DNA of 64,000 nt, taken from positions 12,278,238 through 12,342,237 of the forward strand of contig OZ316892.1 of assembly GCA_973895155.1 (NCBI GenBank). Reading direction: 5' to 3'. Below the pieces are notes generated by a model that was given only the letters and a program-made list of their open reading frames with translations, was not told where the DNA came from and ran no database searches. Origin of the DNA: Marsupella aquatica (taxonomy: Eukaryota; Plantae; Marchantiophyta). The first letter of the stretch is position 1, and each line of letters opens with the position of its first letter. This document shows, one piece after another, positions 26,388 to 38,667 of the stretch. The position numbers were made by a program, and so were the translations under genes.

Positions 26388-27466
26388 TCTTTTGTGCATA
26401 GAACTCTCCCAACAAGGACAACATTTTTTAAACAAGTGGAAATATGGGAATATAGAATCAGAACAACATCAATTTAGCATCAAGAAGCAGATGGGCCAAA
26501 ATGATAATATTTGTTCAACAACAACAATCCAACTGAGATAAAACACTTCTACAAGCACACCATGATTGTACAGCCAACACAACCGGAACAATAACACTTG
26601 CACCACCACAACACAACTATATTGACAAACTGACCTTAACAACAACATAGTTGCAATGCTAACAATGCAAGGGACAGTCAAACACTTAGCTCAAAAGGTC
26701 ACCTTGCCTCCATGACACTTCCTTTCCTCATCATGTGCACTTTGATGCCTCAACTGAACAATTTCTCTCCAAAGCATGGTTAGTGTTTTCATATTATGAT
26801 ACAAACTAGCCCAATGTCTCTATGTTGCATAAACGATGTCAAGGTGAGACAAAGAATGCAAGTGAGCAAAGAAATTGTTGAGACATCTTCCTGTACATCT
26901 CATGCATGTGTTGTTGCAGCCATATGATCATGTTGGCCACGTTGTCATCTTCAAAGAATGAGTGTGTAAGTTAGTGCCAACCATGGGGTTTTTGGCCAAT
27001 GCAATAGTCACAAAACTTAGGATTGAGTCCCGTTAAAACTCAGGCTTATGTTTGCCAAAACAGGCCGGAGGGCGGGGAGGGAGCCAGGGTCAGGCCTTCT
27101 GCACAACATGAGGAGCCGGCCCTATACTCCCACATTTTTTCATAACCAGAATGAGCCGTCCCGGGCTAGGGCATTGCCGGAAGGATTTTGGAAGGGCCAG
27201 TAGCATCTTGCCATGTGGCAGAGGGCCAAGGCATAATGCCCTTGGGTTAAATACAAGATTTAGACCCATATATGAAATGGGCGTCAATGTAGGAATAAAA
27301 GTAGTTTAGGGGAGAGGTTGATAATAACTTTGTTTGGGGAACAGGTTGTAACAAAAAGGGGCAGGGAATATGTATGAGGAGGGGAGCTACGTACAGGCGT
27401 ACGTGCCAGGTGAGGAGAGCATGAGTAAATCTACTGAGGAATCTATCTATCTTCTATATCTTCTAT

Positions 27467-27576
27467 CTAATAAAATAGGATGCTTTGTTATTGCAACCTC
27501 CATTGAAAATATCAACGTGCTTCTATAATAAAATAGGAGTGTTTGTTATTTGCAACCTCCATTGAAAATGTCAACG
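27467..27576. repeat. ~59-bp tandem duplication
   Basis: TAATAAAATAGGA..TTTGTTATT.GCAACCTCCATTGAAAAT.TCAACG occurs twice. Confidence 0.85.
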
Positions 27577-28111
27577 GTCTTGATGGAAGCCACTTGGAGG
27601 CTTGTAGACAACTGGAAATCCATTCTCTATTCAAAGCACTTGCAGTCATGGATGAACATATCGATCATTTCTAACTTGAATATTATAACTTGGATTTTAT
27701 TATTTTTGGCTTAGCTAGCTAGCAAATGCTGAAAACCATCTTTAATATGCTGTCCAAAAGATGTATGAAAAATCTCTGTCACTGTGCCATGTAGACACAA
27801 GAAAGTGTGGCAAATTTACCTAGTCAGCGGCATTGCATGTTGGGTCTGGCCATGGCAGTGGGGTGCTGCTGAAAGTACATTAGCAGGGAGAGTGAGTGAG
27901 GGATTCACGCTAAGACGAAGCCATTCCACTGAGACATATCTCCACAATTGATAATTTGATGAAGGTGGAAGAGGAGAGAGCGTCACAACCACTAGTATAC
28001 AGGTGTGTCAGGGTGTCCATCTAGTTATCGTCTCAATATACAAAAGAAATCAATGACGACATGACCCCGAAGGAAAAAGTCAGTATCTATCTATTCTAGA
28101 TAACATAGCAA

Positions 28112-28430
28112 TTGACTTTGTCCATGACATTAGTAATAAGAGTTTGACTTCGTCAGAAATGACTGTATGCCTTCTAAATTAATCCAACTCTTATGCGCCC
28201 CAAATTAAACAAAATCGAGATGGAACTTGCAATCCCGGCCTGCAATGCAAATATGTAGTGTCAGAGTGTCACCAAGGCAGTGATGAGAACTCTGTGTCAG
28301 TCAGTTTATTATTGACCGTTTTTAACCCCCTTTTTAACCCGCCCTCCTTTTTAACCCAGTCTCCAAGAATTGTGTGTCAGTGAGTTTATTAAACCCCATT
28401 TTTAACCCCATTTTTAACCCCATTTTTAAC
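28112..28430 (+). promoter_or_regulatory. Putative upstream regulatory module of the VQ gene: W-boxes and repeated TTAACC (GGTTAA, GT-element-like)
   Basis: TTGACY at 28112, 28144 and 28312, many further TGAC/GTCA cores, and TTTTAAC(C) repeated about 6 times in 28320-28430. Function is inferred. Confidence 0.45.
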
Positions 28431-30007
28431 AAGTGTGAGACGAAAGGAAGTAAAGACAAAAAGCCACCTCTTTACAGCTTGCAAGAATTAATGGGAGGAT
28501 AGATAGGGACAAGACAGGGGCAGCAGTATGACGGTAATCCTTGGACTTCTCGATCGAGCCACCGGTATTCTCCGCGTAAAAGGACAAGCGAGAATCCTCG
28601 AACACTGTATCTTTCGTTGCCCATGGACTCATGACTGCACGACCAGTCGAGGCGTCGAGCAGCGCAGCTCACTCAGCTCCTCAGCGCAGGAGACTCGTGT
28701 TGGACCCAACTCCCGGAATGGGGAGAAAGTTGCCGTTGCCGTTGAATGGCTTCTGTCGTTTTTGCGTGTTTATGCTGCTCGAGGCAAGTCCTTTGCCCGT
28801 CTTCCCGTTCTCGAGTCCCGACCGAATGGCGGCCGCAATGTGGTGATGCGTCGACGTGTCGTGCCTGCTCTCGTTCCACTTCGCAACCTGGTCGGGTGGC
28901 TGGGTGGTTGGTGTTTGTTTGTTTGTTTAGTGTATGCAGCGATGTAGATACAGAGGACGACGGCATGGTTATCGCAGTATTGTAATTGTAATAGTAATGG
29001 TGTTGTCGTACACGTTACTGAGTCAGCTTGCTCAGCGCAGCTCGGGGCTCGGCTCGACTGGGCTCGTTCCAGTTGGATGATATATGTGTTGCAGCATATT
29101 TAGTGACTCCAATGTTCTTCCCCACGGTCCTGTCTTCCACGTGCAGACTGATGGATAGGACGCGATTGTTGTAGACTAGTGAACTCCCTTTGTTTTCTCG
29201 TTGTTCGTAGGTGACTGACTGACTGACTGCTGCTGCCGTGCTGCTGCTTTTCTACCTCGGGTGGACTACTGCCTCACGAGATTTAGTGGAGGGCGACCAC
29301 AGACGCGGAGATACAATATACAGTACAGGCTGCTTTTCTTTGCGGGCGAAGGGAGGCAGGGAGAGGAGGCACGGTGCTCATGTATTCGAAGGAGATGGGG
29401 AATGACTGGTAGTAGGAGCGAGCCAGCAGCAAGCTTGGTAGCGAGCGCCGTGTGGGCGACGCAATGCAGGTTGAAGATGAAGGGGATTGCAGATCTGTGA
29501 GGAGGCTAATTTCACTCGAAAGGACTTAGCGACGAGAGAGGGATAGGCGAGTGGGTGGGTGGTGGGTATCGAGTTGGTTTCCTCTCTGTTTACCCTTTCT
29601 TCACCCCGCTCTCTCTCTCTCTCCGTCCCTGTGTGTGTGTGTATGTGTGTCTGTCTCTCTCTCAACGGTGGTGGTGTGCGTCGACCCTTAAGGTTTCACT
29701 GATGCACTAGGATCCCTTTCTTTGACAAGAGCGATATCGCTCATCGTGGATAGCGATAACCTAAGTGTCCTCGGCTTTCCCCCGTGGTGATCAGCTTTTT
29801 CTGGGAGCCTTATCGGTGATTTTGCTTCTGCCAGGGGTGTTTCTTAACATACAGACAGATTAGGGCAGTGGAAGAGGGCAAAAGCTTCAGGTACGCATTT
29901 CTAGCGAGCAGGTCCGTTTACAGCGGATTGGTTGTGACGTAAGAGGCGCCTAGCAGGCAGGTCGGTGACCGAGAAGTCTGGCTTATTCTTTGAACCCCGC
30001 GGCGATC

Positions 30008-30721
30008 ATGAGAAAAGGAGGCATATCATCAGCGCCTTCGACTCCGAGAGGAGGGAGCCATGGACGAGGGCAAACTCCCCAGCTCGCAGAAGAGCATCAC
30101 ATAGTCGCCACAACTTTCGTTCAAGCGGACGTTAGTACTTTCCGTGAACTTGTTCAAAAGCTGACGGGAGGCCCTCCCTCTCCTCTTCCTCAAACTCCCA
30201 CTAGTGGCTCCTCGGAAGCTGCCGGTAGTGCTGGCAAGGAGGCGTCCCCTGTCTCTCTTCGTCGCGACAACGTATCGGCTGGAAGGCCTGAACTAGAGAG
30301 GATTATGAGCGTTAAGCCTGTAGGAGGTCCAGGCCCGCAGAGAACGTCTACTGCTAAATTATTGGAGCGAAGACAAAATGCGAAGAAGCTCGAAGTGAAG
30401 CAATTGATGGGACCTCACATCCTGAAGCGCACCGTATCTCCAGCTTTGAGTCCGGTCTCCCCTTTGACCAATGTTGACGTATTTGCGGAGCACAACGGCA
30501 GCACCAGTCCTCTAGGTTATATGGGGTACTCTTCTGCCACTCCTCCCCCGGCTCCTCGACTTTCATTCGATTTGGAACAACCGGCCCCTGACAGCAGTCC
30601 TCAATTCGATTTGAACAGCGGGGTTATCAATCTGGATCTGGAGAGGCAGACAGCGTCACCTCGAGAGCCTCGTCTCTTACCTCTTTTCCCTTTGCACTCG
30701 CCACGGTCGCTGAGCTCTTAG
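30008..30721 (+). CDS. VQ-motif protein (MAPK-target/VQ4-like group), ~237 aa, intronless
   Basis: TTFVQADVSTFRELVQKLTG matches FxxxVQxLTG. It has many SP/TP sites, LSPVSPL and a C-terminal PRLLPLFPLHSPR. First ATG is at 30008; the ORF-track start at 29990 is TTG. Confidence 0.93.
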   Translation: MRKGGISSAPSTPRGGSHGRGQTPQLAEEHHIVATTFVQADVSTFRELVQKLTGGPPSPLPQTPTSGSSEAAGSAGKEASPVSLRRDNVSAGRPELERIMSVKPVGGPGPQRTSTAKLLERRQNAKKLEVKQLMGPHILKRTVSPALSPVSPLTNVDVFAEHNGSTSPLGYMGYSSATPPPAPRLSFDLEQPAPDSSPQFDLNSGVINLDLERQTASPREPRLLPLFPLHSPRSLSS

Positions 30722-32560
30722 TCTCCACTCGTGCCGAATCTGTGTCCCGGTGGGGAGCAATCTTTTTACTTTCTGTCTGATCAGGTTTTTTCCGAACCAC
30801 ATGGGGTGTGTGGACCGACCGGTTGATGGACTACGGAGTAGAGGAGCTGATTGTCGAAGAATTCTTTCCATCCCTTGTATCTAGCTTAGATGGGAATCTG
30901 CAGGGCATGTTGCTCCTGGATTACTTCAGACAGGTTTGTCATCAAGTAGGTGGTGAATACGTCCGCAATTCGGCGTCGCTTTTCCTGGAAGGAGTTCATA
31001 ATGGACTTGAAGCTACTGAAGATTGACACGAAGGAAGCAGCTGGCTCTAAGCACCTTAAGCAGAGGAGCTTAGTTGGATTGCCGGACGTTTGGATGATAG
31101 CTGTCGAGCAAAAGTTGGTATTCGGCCTGATCGTACAGACACGCAGACTGGTATATGTTTTCGTATCCTTGCTCAGAGCATCATTATGTTCTGCTCTTCC
31201 GCTTCAAGGATGATACGTACTATTGGCCTGAAAGGAGATCCGATAGAACGAAGCATTGCAGTATCAGTTGTTAGAACATTTAGCATAGGATTTATTAGGC
31301 AAACCAGGACGAACGGCTTTGGCCGTGAATGATTTGCGCGGCGAGTGATTGACTTGTAAGGTAAGGCTTTCATTTGGCATTGTTTTACCTCTGTATACCT
31401 TCCTCTCTGAAATAGGGATCCCTGATTTGGTTCCTCCCGTAATAGCCAAGACCGTGTCTTACCATGTTCTTGTTGTCGTATTAAGTGGCCTCGAAACCAT
31501 CGTATGTCCGAAAGTACTTGTTTGTCCAAGTGCTGCTTTGTGTTTGCTGTAGGCACAAAATGTTCAGGTTGGGAATTGCTTGTTTCCTTTGTACGAAATC
31601 AGTGAAAGACCGAGCAATTTGTACTGAGAGTTACGTATCACGCAAACTACATGACTGATCACACAGTTGCATCTCAGAGCTAGGTGTACAAGCTCGTTGG
31701 ACCTTAGTGCATCTTAAATCCTCTAAAGCATTCCGTTCTTCCTCCTGCCACTACCCCTTTGCAACTGCTTTTGGTGTGTCAACCAAGAGATGTAGCATCT
31801 ACTGTGATGATGTCTGGGCAGCTTCATTCGTTTGATGAATTCGATGATTTGAAGGAAGACTAGTCTTTGTTTGGTTCTTACTCGATTCTGGTATCTCTCT
31901 TCTCGCATGGAAACATATTGGCGAGAGGGTGAAATGAATTAGGAAAATTCAACTGTTACCCTGAGGTCTTCTTAACCTGTATTACCAAGAAATTTCCGAA
32001 CATGATTCCTTTCTATCTGTTTGGGCAAATGGCAGTTGATTGGCCCACAGCCCATCAATGAGACCGCTGGAGGTCTCCTTAATAGAATGCCACTCACTTA
32101 TTGAGGGCTTCCGCTGTTGCGTTTCGGAGGACTGAGGGCTTCTAATCCTGAATGTAAACAATATCGTTTGTTTTGTAAAATTCTCTTGTGCATCGGGTCC
32201 TGCTTGTCCTCCTTGCAATCTTTGGACATGCTGAGTGTGGAAGACAAGGGATCACATCAACGGCCTCTCGTTAATCCCTCCTTTGTCATCCCATTGCAAC
32301 GGGAAAGTGAGCCCAATTTAGGTAACCCCTCCTCCCTGCAAGACAAGGGATGAGGGATCCCACAAACTCCCACTTGCAAAGCAGGTGCTTGCAGAAACGT
32401 CAATGTGCAGAGTCTTTCAGTGGAAAATTGAGGCCAATCCAGGCACACTTTCCTTGTGACCTCGCGGGGTTAGTCTTTGGCCACAAACTGAGATGACGAC
32501 GTACTGAGATAACGAAGATACTGTTACTATGGAATCATTGGAAACCTCCAAGGTCCAAAT

Positions 32561-32828
32561 TTGACTACCCTTTTTTGCCTCGTTGTGGTCTGGAAACGAC
32601 ATGGAATTAAAGAAATTGAAGTCAAGGCAAAAGTTTGACTCATCGGTATTCTTTGTCACTTTTGGAATGTGAAGTGAAGTTCTCATGACAAGCAAAAGTT
32701 TGACTCCTCGAACATATTCGAAGTCAAGGCAAAAGTTTGACTCCTCCGCATGCAAAGGGCAGATCTCCACGCCGTAGATTTCTCTGCCCTCACCCAAATA
32801 ATGCATAGGACAAGGAAAAAGTTTGACT
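32561..32828. promoter_or_regulatory. W-box-rich repeat cluster downstream of the VQ gene
   Basis: Seven TTGACT/AGTCAA sites at 32561, 32620, 32635, 32700, 32722, 32737 and 32823, built from a repeated GAAGTCAAGGCAAAAGTTTGACTC unit. Confidence 0.5.
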
Positions 32829-34499
32829 CCTGTGCCCACCATCTCTCAGATTTCCATGCCGTAGATTTTTCCGCTCTTTCCCGAATAGTGTGATACATAG
32901 GAAATGAATACGGTCTGCCCTTTGACGACTATTATGTCCGTGAAAAAATGAATATACTAAAAGTCCTTTTGAGAAGGCTTCACCCGATGGACACGTTACC
33001 CCCCGGACGTAAGCATATTAAGCTTTTTGTGTCTTGTTAGCACACGAGCCTATTGTAGGGGCCAACTACAGTGTATAACAACCGAACGAGACCAATAATA
33101 AAATAGAAGCTCACGAATTAATATATTTTATAGCACTAACGTTTTTGGTCCCAGTAGACATTTATGGCAATTTGGCCCAATAAACAATACATCGCACTCC
33201 CCAAAGAACAAAAAGAGTCAAACCAGGATAACACATTCAAGCCAGGGAAACCAGGATACCACTGAAAAGATAACACTTTCAAAGGAAAAACTCACTGAGA
33301 CCAAAGATCCACAACGGCTGAGAGTCCCCTACAATAGCAAAGGAGCTAAAGCCCTACTGAGCAATCTGGATAACCTGGTAAAGCTCAAACCTGGTAAAGC
33401 TCAAGAGCAAACCCCATTGGAAGGTCAAGAGAATTTTGTCTAGAGACCCTAAACCTGACAGCCTCCAGGCTGGCCCAATAAAAGAGGGGGGATTGAAGTG
33501 AATGCCAAATTCTTTCAGCCTACCTTACGTGGTATGGCACTTGGTCCATTAACGTGCATGCTTTTCTAGGCACAATGTTAACCAGGCCTGGCTGACCCAA
33601 GATAGGGTTGGTCACAACAAGACTGAACCAATCTTCTTCCTCACTCATGCTGAGACTGTACACCATAGAGCAACTCAGCATTTTTGCTGGATATTCTTGA
33701 GTATCTGGTTTTAATTTGCTGGATGACCCTACCCCCTGGGATATAAGAGTTATGAGCCCCACAACAGCAGTCAATTATATAATAGAACCTACCCATGACG
33801 ATGGAGCCTACGTAGAGGTTCTTATCATTATTCCCTTGCTTTGAAAGGTTATTAAATCCCTACTATGTAGTCCTACTTTCGCTTTACTAGGCCCTTATTT
33901 TACTTTAGCTCGGTTACACTGCAACTTCGTGGACCTACACCTCTACTTTTAATAAGAGTTCCACACTTAGCACTTGTGGATCGTCCTACATATATTTGAG
34001 AGTGCCAAAACGACAGATCTAGAAATGCCAAACCGCTCCCATGAAGCCTGTTCACTTTCAACTTTTGGACCCAGTGGCTAACTCCTAGATCTGAAATCTG
34101 TCAAGCTCGTATCTCGAGCTGTAAATGCTTCTTGTTTGTCTTCTAAATATCAATAGGAAATATCTTGAAAATATGTTTCAAACCATTGTATGACAGGTTT
34201 CTTAAGACTTTATTTGTTATCCAAAAATATATAAGTACATACTAGTAACATCTCTAGAACATTTCATTGGAAGATTTAGTTTTGCTGGTATGATAGAGAG
34301 GCTAGTTGAAACGAGAGAATAAGAACCAGGGGGGAGGAAGGGACAAGTGGAGGTTAATGGTGTACCACATCTTAAAGAGGCATCTCCTGGTCGCAATATT
34401 TTTAAGTATTTATAAAAATGTATTTTTTTTGTCTTGAACGGAAATGGGGAGGAAATACAATTAGACTCCCCCCATCCCAATGTGACAGTTTTTCTGTAG

Positions 34500-34744
34500 G
34501 GAACCCAGACCAGGGTGAGCCCCAACGGATCGGACAGGGACCCGCACCAGGAAGGAGAGAGGATTAAATCAGGGCCACAAAGTGGACGACCAGGGGCCGA
34601 GCAGATAATCAGAACTCCAATCTACTACCCACAAAACCCATCCCACCCACACACAAATACCCTCCACACCCCAGTGTGTGGAGGGGGGATTGAACCTGGG
34701 ACCTCTCAGTTCCAGGCAAATCCCCTAGCCAATTGACCTAAGCC
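34500..34744 (-). mobile_element. tRNA-derived SINE-like element
   Basis: Minus strand has A-box-like TAGGTCAATTGG, then AGGTCCCAGGTTCAATCCC (B-box) at tRNA spacing. The downstream body shares CCACAC..AGTG.G and AAATCAGGGCC with the copies at 50.9-51.3 kb. The 3' boundary is approximate. Confidence 0.65.
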
Positions 34745-37700
34745 AATTGGTTTTTATAAAAAGGTATGATTCCCTTACATTCATAGAGAGCCTACAAGTT
34801 TCATGTTAAGCTCATAAGTTCAGTGTACACAACTTCGTGAGTACTGTTTTTGAAACTTGATCTGCGAACTTGATAGCTCACAAGCTTTGCTACCAACTTG
34901 AGAACCTACATATTGTATAACTTGCAATATGGTGTTCACCACTGCTTGGCAAAATGTAAGCGATAGACTTTTATTTAGTCAATTGGTTACACCAGTATAT
35001 CAACACATTAAAAGCCATGGTAGTTGCACTTAGAAGATGCAGAAATTGTGGCAAAGGAGAAGCCAGGTAGGATATTCAAGGCTCCTCGCAGGAAATTTTG
35101 CACCTTTAGGGACCTGTGTCATGGTTTGCTTCATAAACTTGGATCAGACCTTCAGCTAAAATTATTGATGTCAGATAGTAGTATGTGTTATTTATGAGGT
35201 AAGTTTCAATTGGATTCTTTAAGAATGTCCAAAAGTTTGAAGACCTCGTTGAAGACTAGAATAAACTACTGTAAGAGATTATCTAGAGTTTTAATTTTGG
35301 CAGGACACACTACTTGGATCAGGCACATCTTTATCTTGTTCAGGCATTGATTAGGGAGCCTCGCTATCTCCTAGTTCTTGTGGGCCCTTTTTGTATTAGT
35401 TATTTCATTTTCACCACATCCTTGAGCCTTCGGCTTAGCCTACCCACCAGTGTAACTATACCAAGCCAAACCACTTGAGTTTGTGGGGTGTCTCTGGACC
35501 CAAAGGGCATCCCAATACTCTGGTGTGATCATGGGAGGGAAAGGACTGTACACATGATGATAATTATATGTGATATGGGGACAACCATTTCCTGGAACTT
35601 GGGGGACCATGTCACTATCAAGTAGCACTATGTGCTTCCACTTGGAGATGGTGTTCATGACAAGAGTCAGGCTAATCTGGGCTTCTCTAGGGCAGGAGTC
35701 CGTCCCCTTAGGGATGTGGTCATTGCATATTGGCAGGAGCCATGTTCCTGTTGTGGCCCATGTACTGGCCATGCTGCAGCCAAGTCAGCCTGGCTCAAGG
35801 AGGAGGCAGATGCTACTCGTTACCCTTGGGATCTCTTCTACCCACTTGCTTTGGAGGTATTAGTGGCCCTTGTAGCACTATCTTTGATCATTTACTTAGA
35901 GCAAGTGCAGTCTTGTGTGTAGAGTAGAGGCCTTATCCCTCATTTACTATCCTCTTGGGCTTTGGGTGTCAATTCCATGACGTAGGGTTCAAACATTCAC
36001 TATTTTTTGTTGGGCTGAGATTGTTAGTTTTAGGGTTTCTAGACAAATTACTTTCAGGACACTCCTAAGTGATTTACTCCAGAGCACACTATACTAGGCT
36101 TTTCAGTTTGCTGTGTAGTAGGGCTTTGGTTCTTTTGCCATTGCTGGGGACTCACAGCCTTTTGGCTCCTTGGTTGTCCTTGTCGTTTCCTGGATTTGTC
36201 CCCTGTATTGGGTTTCATGTCTTTGGGATCCTGTCTCCTAGACAGATGCTTTTTAATCATTGGCATTGTGATATAAACATGACTTGACAACTTCAAAGCT
36301 TCAATATATGCTCATCCACAAAAGTTCCCACTCTAGTGATGTCTTAGGTATAGTGTGCAAATGATCAACATTAGCTCATAGTATGCACTCATATCCATCC
36401 ACTTTGTATTCTTGTGAGTGGACCCGTCTTCCCTTTTAATCCTATGAGTTTATTTCTAATTCAAAAGGTGTAGGAATGCTGCAATTTAAGCTCCCTATTG
36501 CTTTCAACTCTAAAAAGCTCACAAACCCTTGCTAACATGCTTTCCATCAGACAATTAATTTGATCACAAAATTACGAGCAAAATTGCCTTTGTATTGCTC
36601 TTCTCAATGATGTTTATGAGCCACTTTTACTAATAGGTAGACTAAAAGATCTATTTGAAATGAAAGTGACTGAAGTGAAATCCAGATCTGTTGGTACATA
36701 TACTTTTTTACTCTTTTTCTTTTGAAAGAAGGCACAAGAGCCAGACTCAATCTTTGCACCACTAAATTAAACCTACCAGTTTTAGTGCACCTGTTGAATT
36801 AGTTTTCATGCCTGTAAACCAAATGTGACCTTCTTTTGGCAGGCATCTCCTTGATTGTTTGGTGAATAAAGTGTGGAATTGTACTTTTGGAGTAATATGT
36901 TATCCTTTTTCATTGTTTGGGCTTAAATCCCTCCCCCCAAGAAGAAGAAGGAGAAGAAGAAAAAGAAAGTATAAAGAGAAAACAATAGTTAGAGAGTATA
37001 AATAGAAAACAATAGAAGTTATGGAACAAACAGGTGGACCCAAAGGAACTGGGGACACGAGAAATCAAAAAATGCCAACCCTGGAAACATGAACCAGCTA
37101 CCCAATAAAGTGGGGGAACACAAGGGAAAACAAACAGCTCAAAACCAGGAAACATGAACCCATAGGGCCCAAGACACACTAAAGAGGGAGGGGGAGGGGG
37201 GCGTATAAGGGAAAAACCAGAGGAAGAGCCGAATGCCCAGGAGCATTCAGGGCTTGTGGAGTTCAAGTTCACCAATTAACGAAACTAGCCCCGACTACCT
37301 GTTCTTTGAACATGAATAGTGGTGAGGACAATAAAAGTGTTACCAAAATATATTCTCTATTCATATTCTTTGAAGGTTAATGAAATGATAAAAGACCCCT
37401 CATTTTAATAGTCATATATAATATACCATTTTCCTTTTATGCATATCTTTCTTTTCTATGCACATGTGTTGTGGTGGGGCCATAGTGCCCATTTTTTGAA
37501 TGTATTTCTTAGAAATTAAAAAAAAACTTGCATGTACCAGTTGACATACATCATAGTCATGAGTGCACATGATGGCCATGGAGTTAGGGTGTGGAGGTTT
37601 CACTCTAGACCTAGGCTCTTAAAAGTAGATTTGAATTGGAGCTTTTATAGTAAGATATGAAAATAATGATAATTTACAAATACAATGAACTATTTTTATG

Positions 37701-38507
37701 TACATTGTCACTAAAGATGTTTGAATTTATGTGCATATAGCTCCCCTAGTTATCTTAAGTAACTTTTAAATACATTGTCAATGAAGATGTTTGAATTTAC
37801 AATATTGTCAAGGTTATTTTTGTATTTATAAAAATGTCAGGATTTTGATACCTAGCTTCCCTGGTTATCTTTAGTGAACTTATCATCCAGATAAAAAACT
37901 ATGACATTTTTATAAAAGAGTGTCACTATTGTCAATTAGAAAATCTTTAGTGACAAAATAGTTAAAAATACACTAAAAAGGAGTGACAATATTATAAATT
38001 GGAACATTTTAGGGTGAATGTAATATTGTGTGTTTTAAAGAATAAAAGAAGATACGCGGTGGGGTTCTTTTTTTCTCGGGCCCCGTGTATAATATGATCC
38101 CAAAGCGCGGACCGACCAAATCCGGAAGGCGAGCAAGCTGGCTGGAGATTCTCCCTGAAGCGAAACACTCCAAATTGATGAAGAGTGAGATCAGATCACC
38201 TACGCTGGACTGGGACCTACTATTCCCTTTTCCTTGTGATTCGTTTCGCTCGAGAGACGTGTGGGTACGGTGGCCAAAGAGTGAAGCTACAGTGCGGGAG
38301 GAGTAGACGAAGAAATAGTGACATCCATTCCCCTAATCTACCTTTGTCGGTTTTCATCGACATGAAAGAAAAAAATGAATGAAATGCAGTCATGATTGTT
38401 GTGTGCAGCGAAGCGGTCATGGAGACGTAAGTGAGATCTGTTGTCGGCGATGAACTGTGTGTGGAGAAAATTGGTGCCGAGTCAAGTCCACGGACGGACG
38501 AATGGAT

Positions 38508-38641
38508 GGGATGAAAGTGTAGATCGGCCGAGGGAGTGTTTGGAAATTGATTCTTGAAGGGGAAGCTTGGGAGGGATGAAAGTGTAGATCGGCCGAGGGA
38601 GTGTTTGGAAATTTGATTCATGAAGGGAAAGCTCGGGAGGG
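38508..38641. repeat. 65-bp tandem duplication upstream of the VPS51 start
   Basis: GGGATGAAAGTGTAGATCGGCCGAGGGAGTGTTTGGAAATT.GATTC.TGAAGGG.AAGCT.GGGAGG occurs twice. Confidence 0.9.
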
Positions 38642-38667
38642 AGTTCGATCAGTGACAGTGGAGCAGA

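Noticed and set aside
28320-28430. Interstitial telomere repeat
   Set aside because: The units are CCATTTTTAAC(C), not CCCTAAA or CCCTAA.
28528-28947. 139-aa ORF upstream of the VQ gene
   Set aside because: No recognisable motif; a GC-rich promoter/UTR region with ORFs in several frames.
34680-34744. Functional tRNA gene
   Set aside because: A/B boxes are present but the T-stem and acceptor stem do not pair, so it was treated as a SINE-like head.
35440-35930. Overlapping 65-110-aa ORFs
   Set aside because: No recognisable family or splice-consistent gene model; possibly an old TE fragment, but this cannot be supported.
36900-37290. LINE 3' tail-like strand-biased tract (similar composition at 33180-33500 and 52680-52920)
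   Set aside because: Only compositional similarity; no reverse transcriptase remnant or TSD seen.
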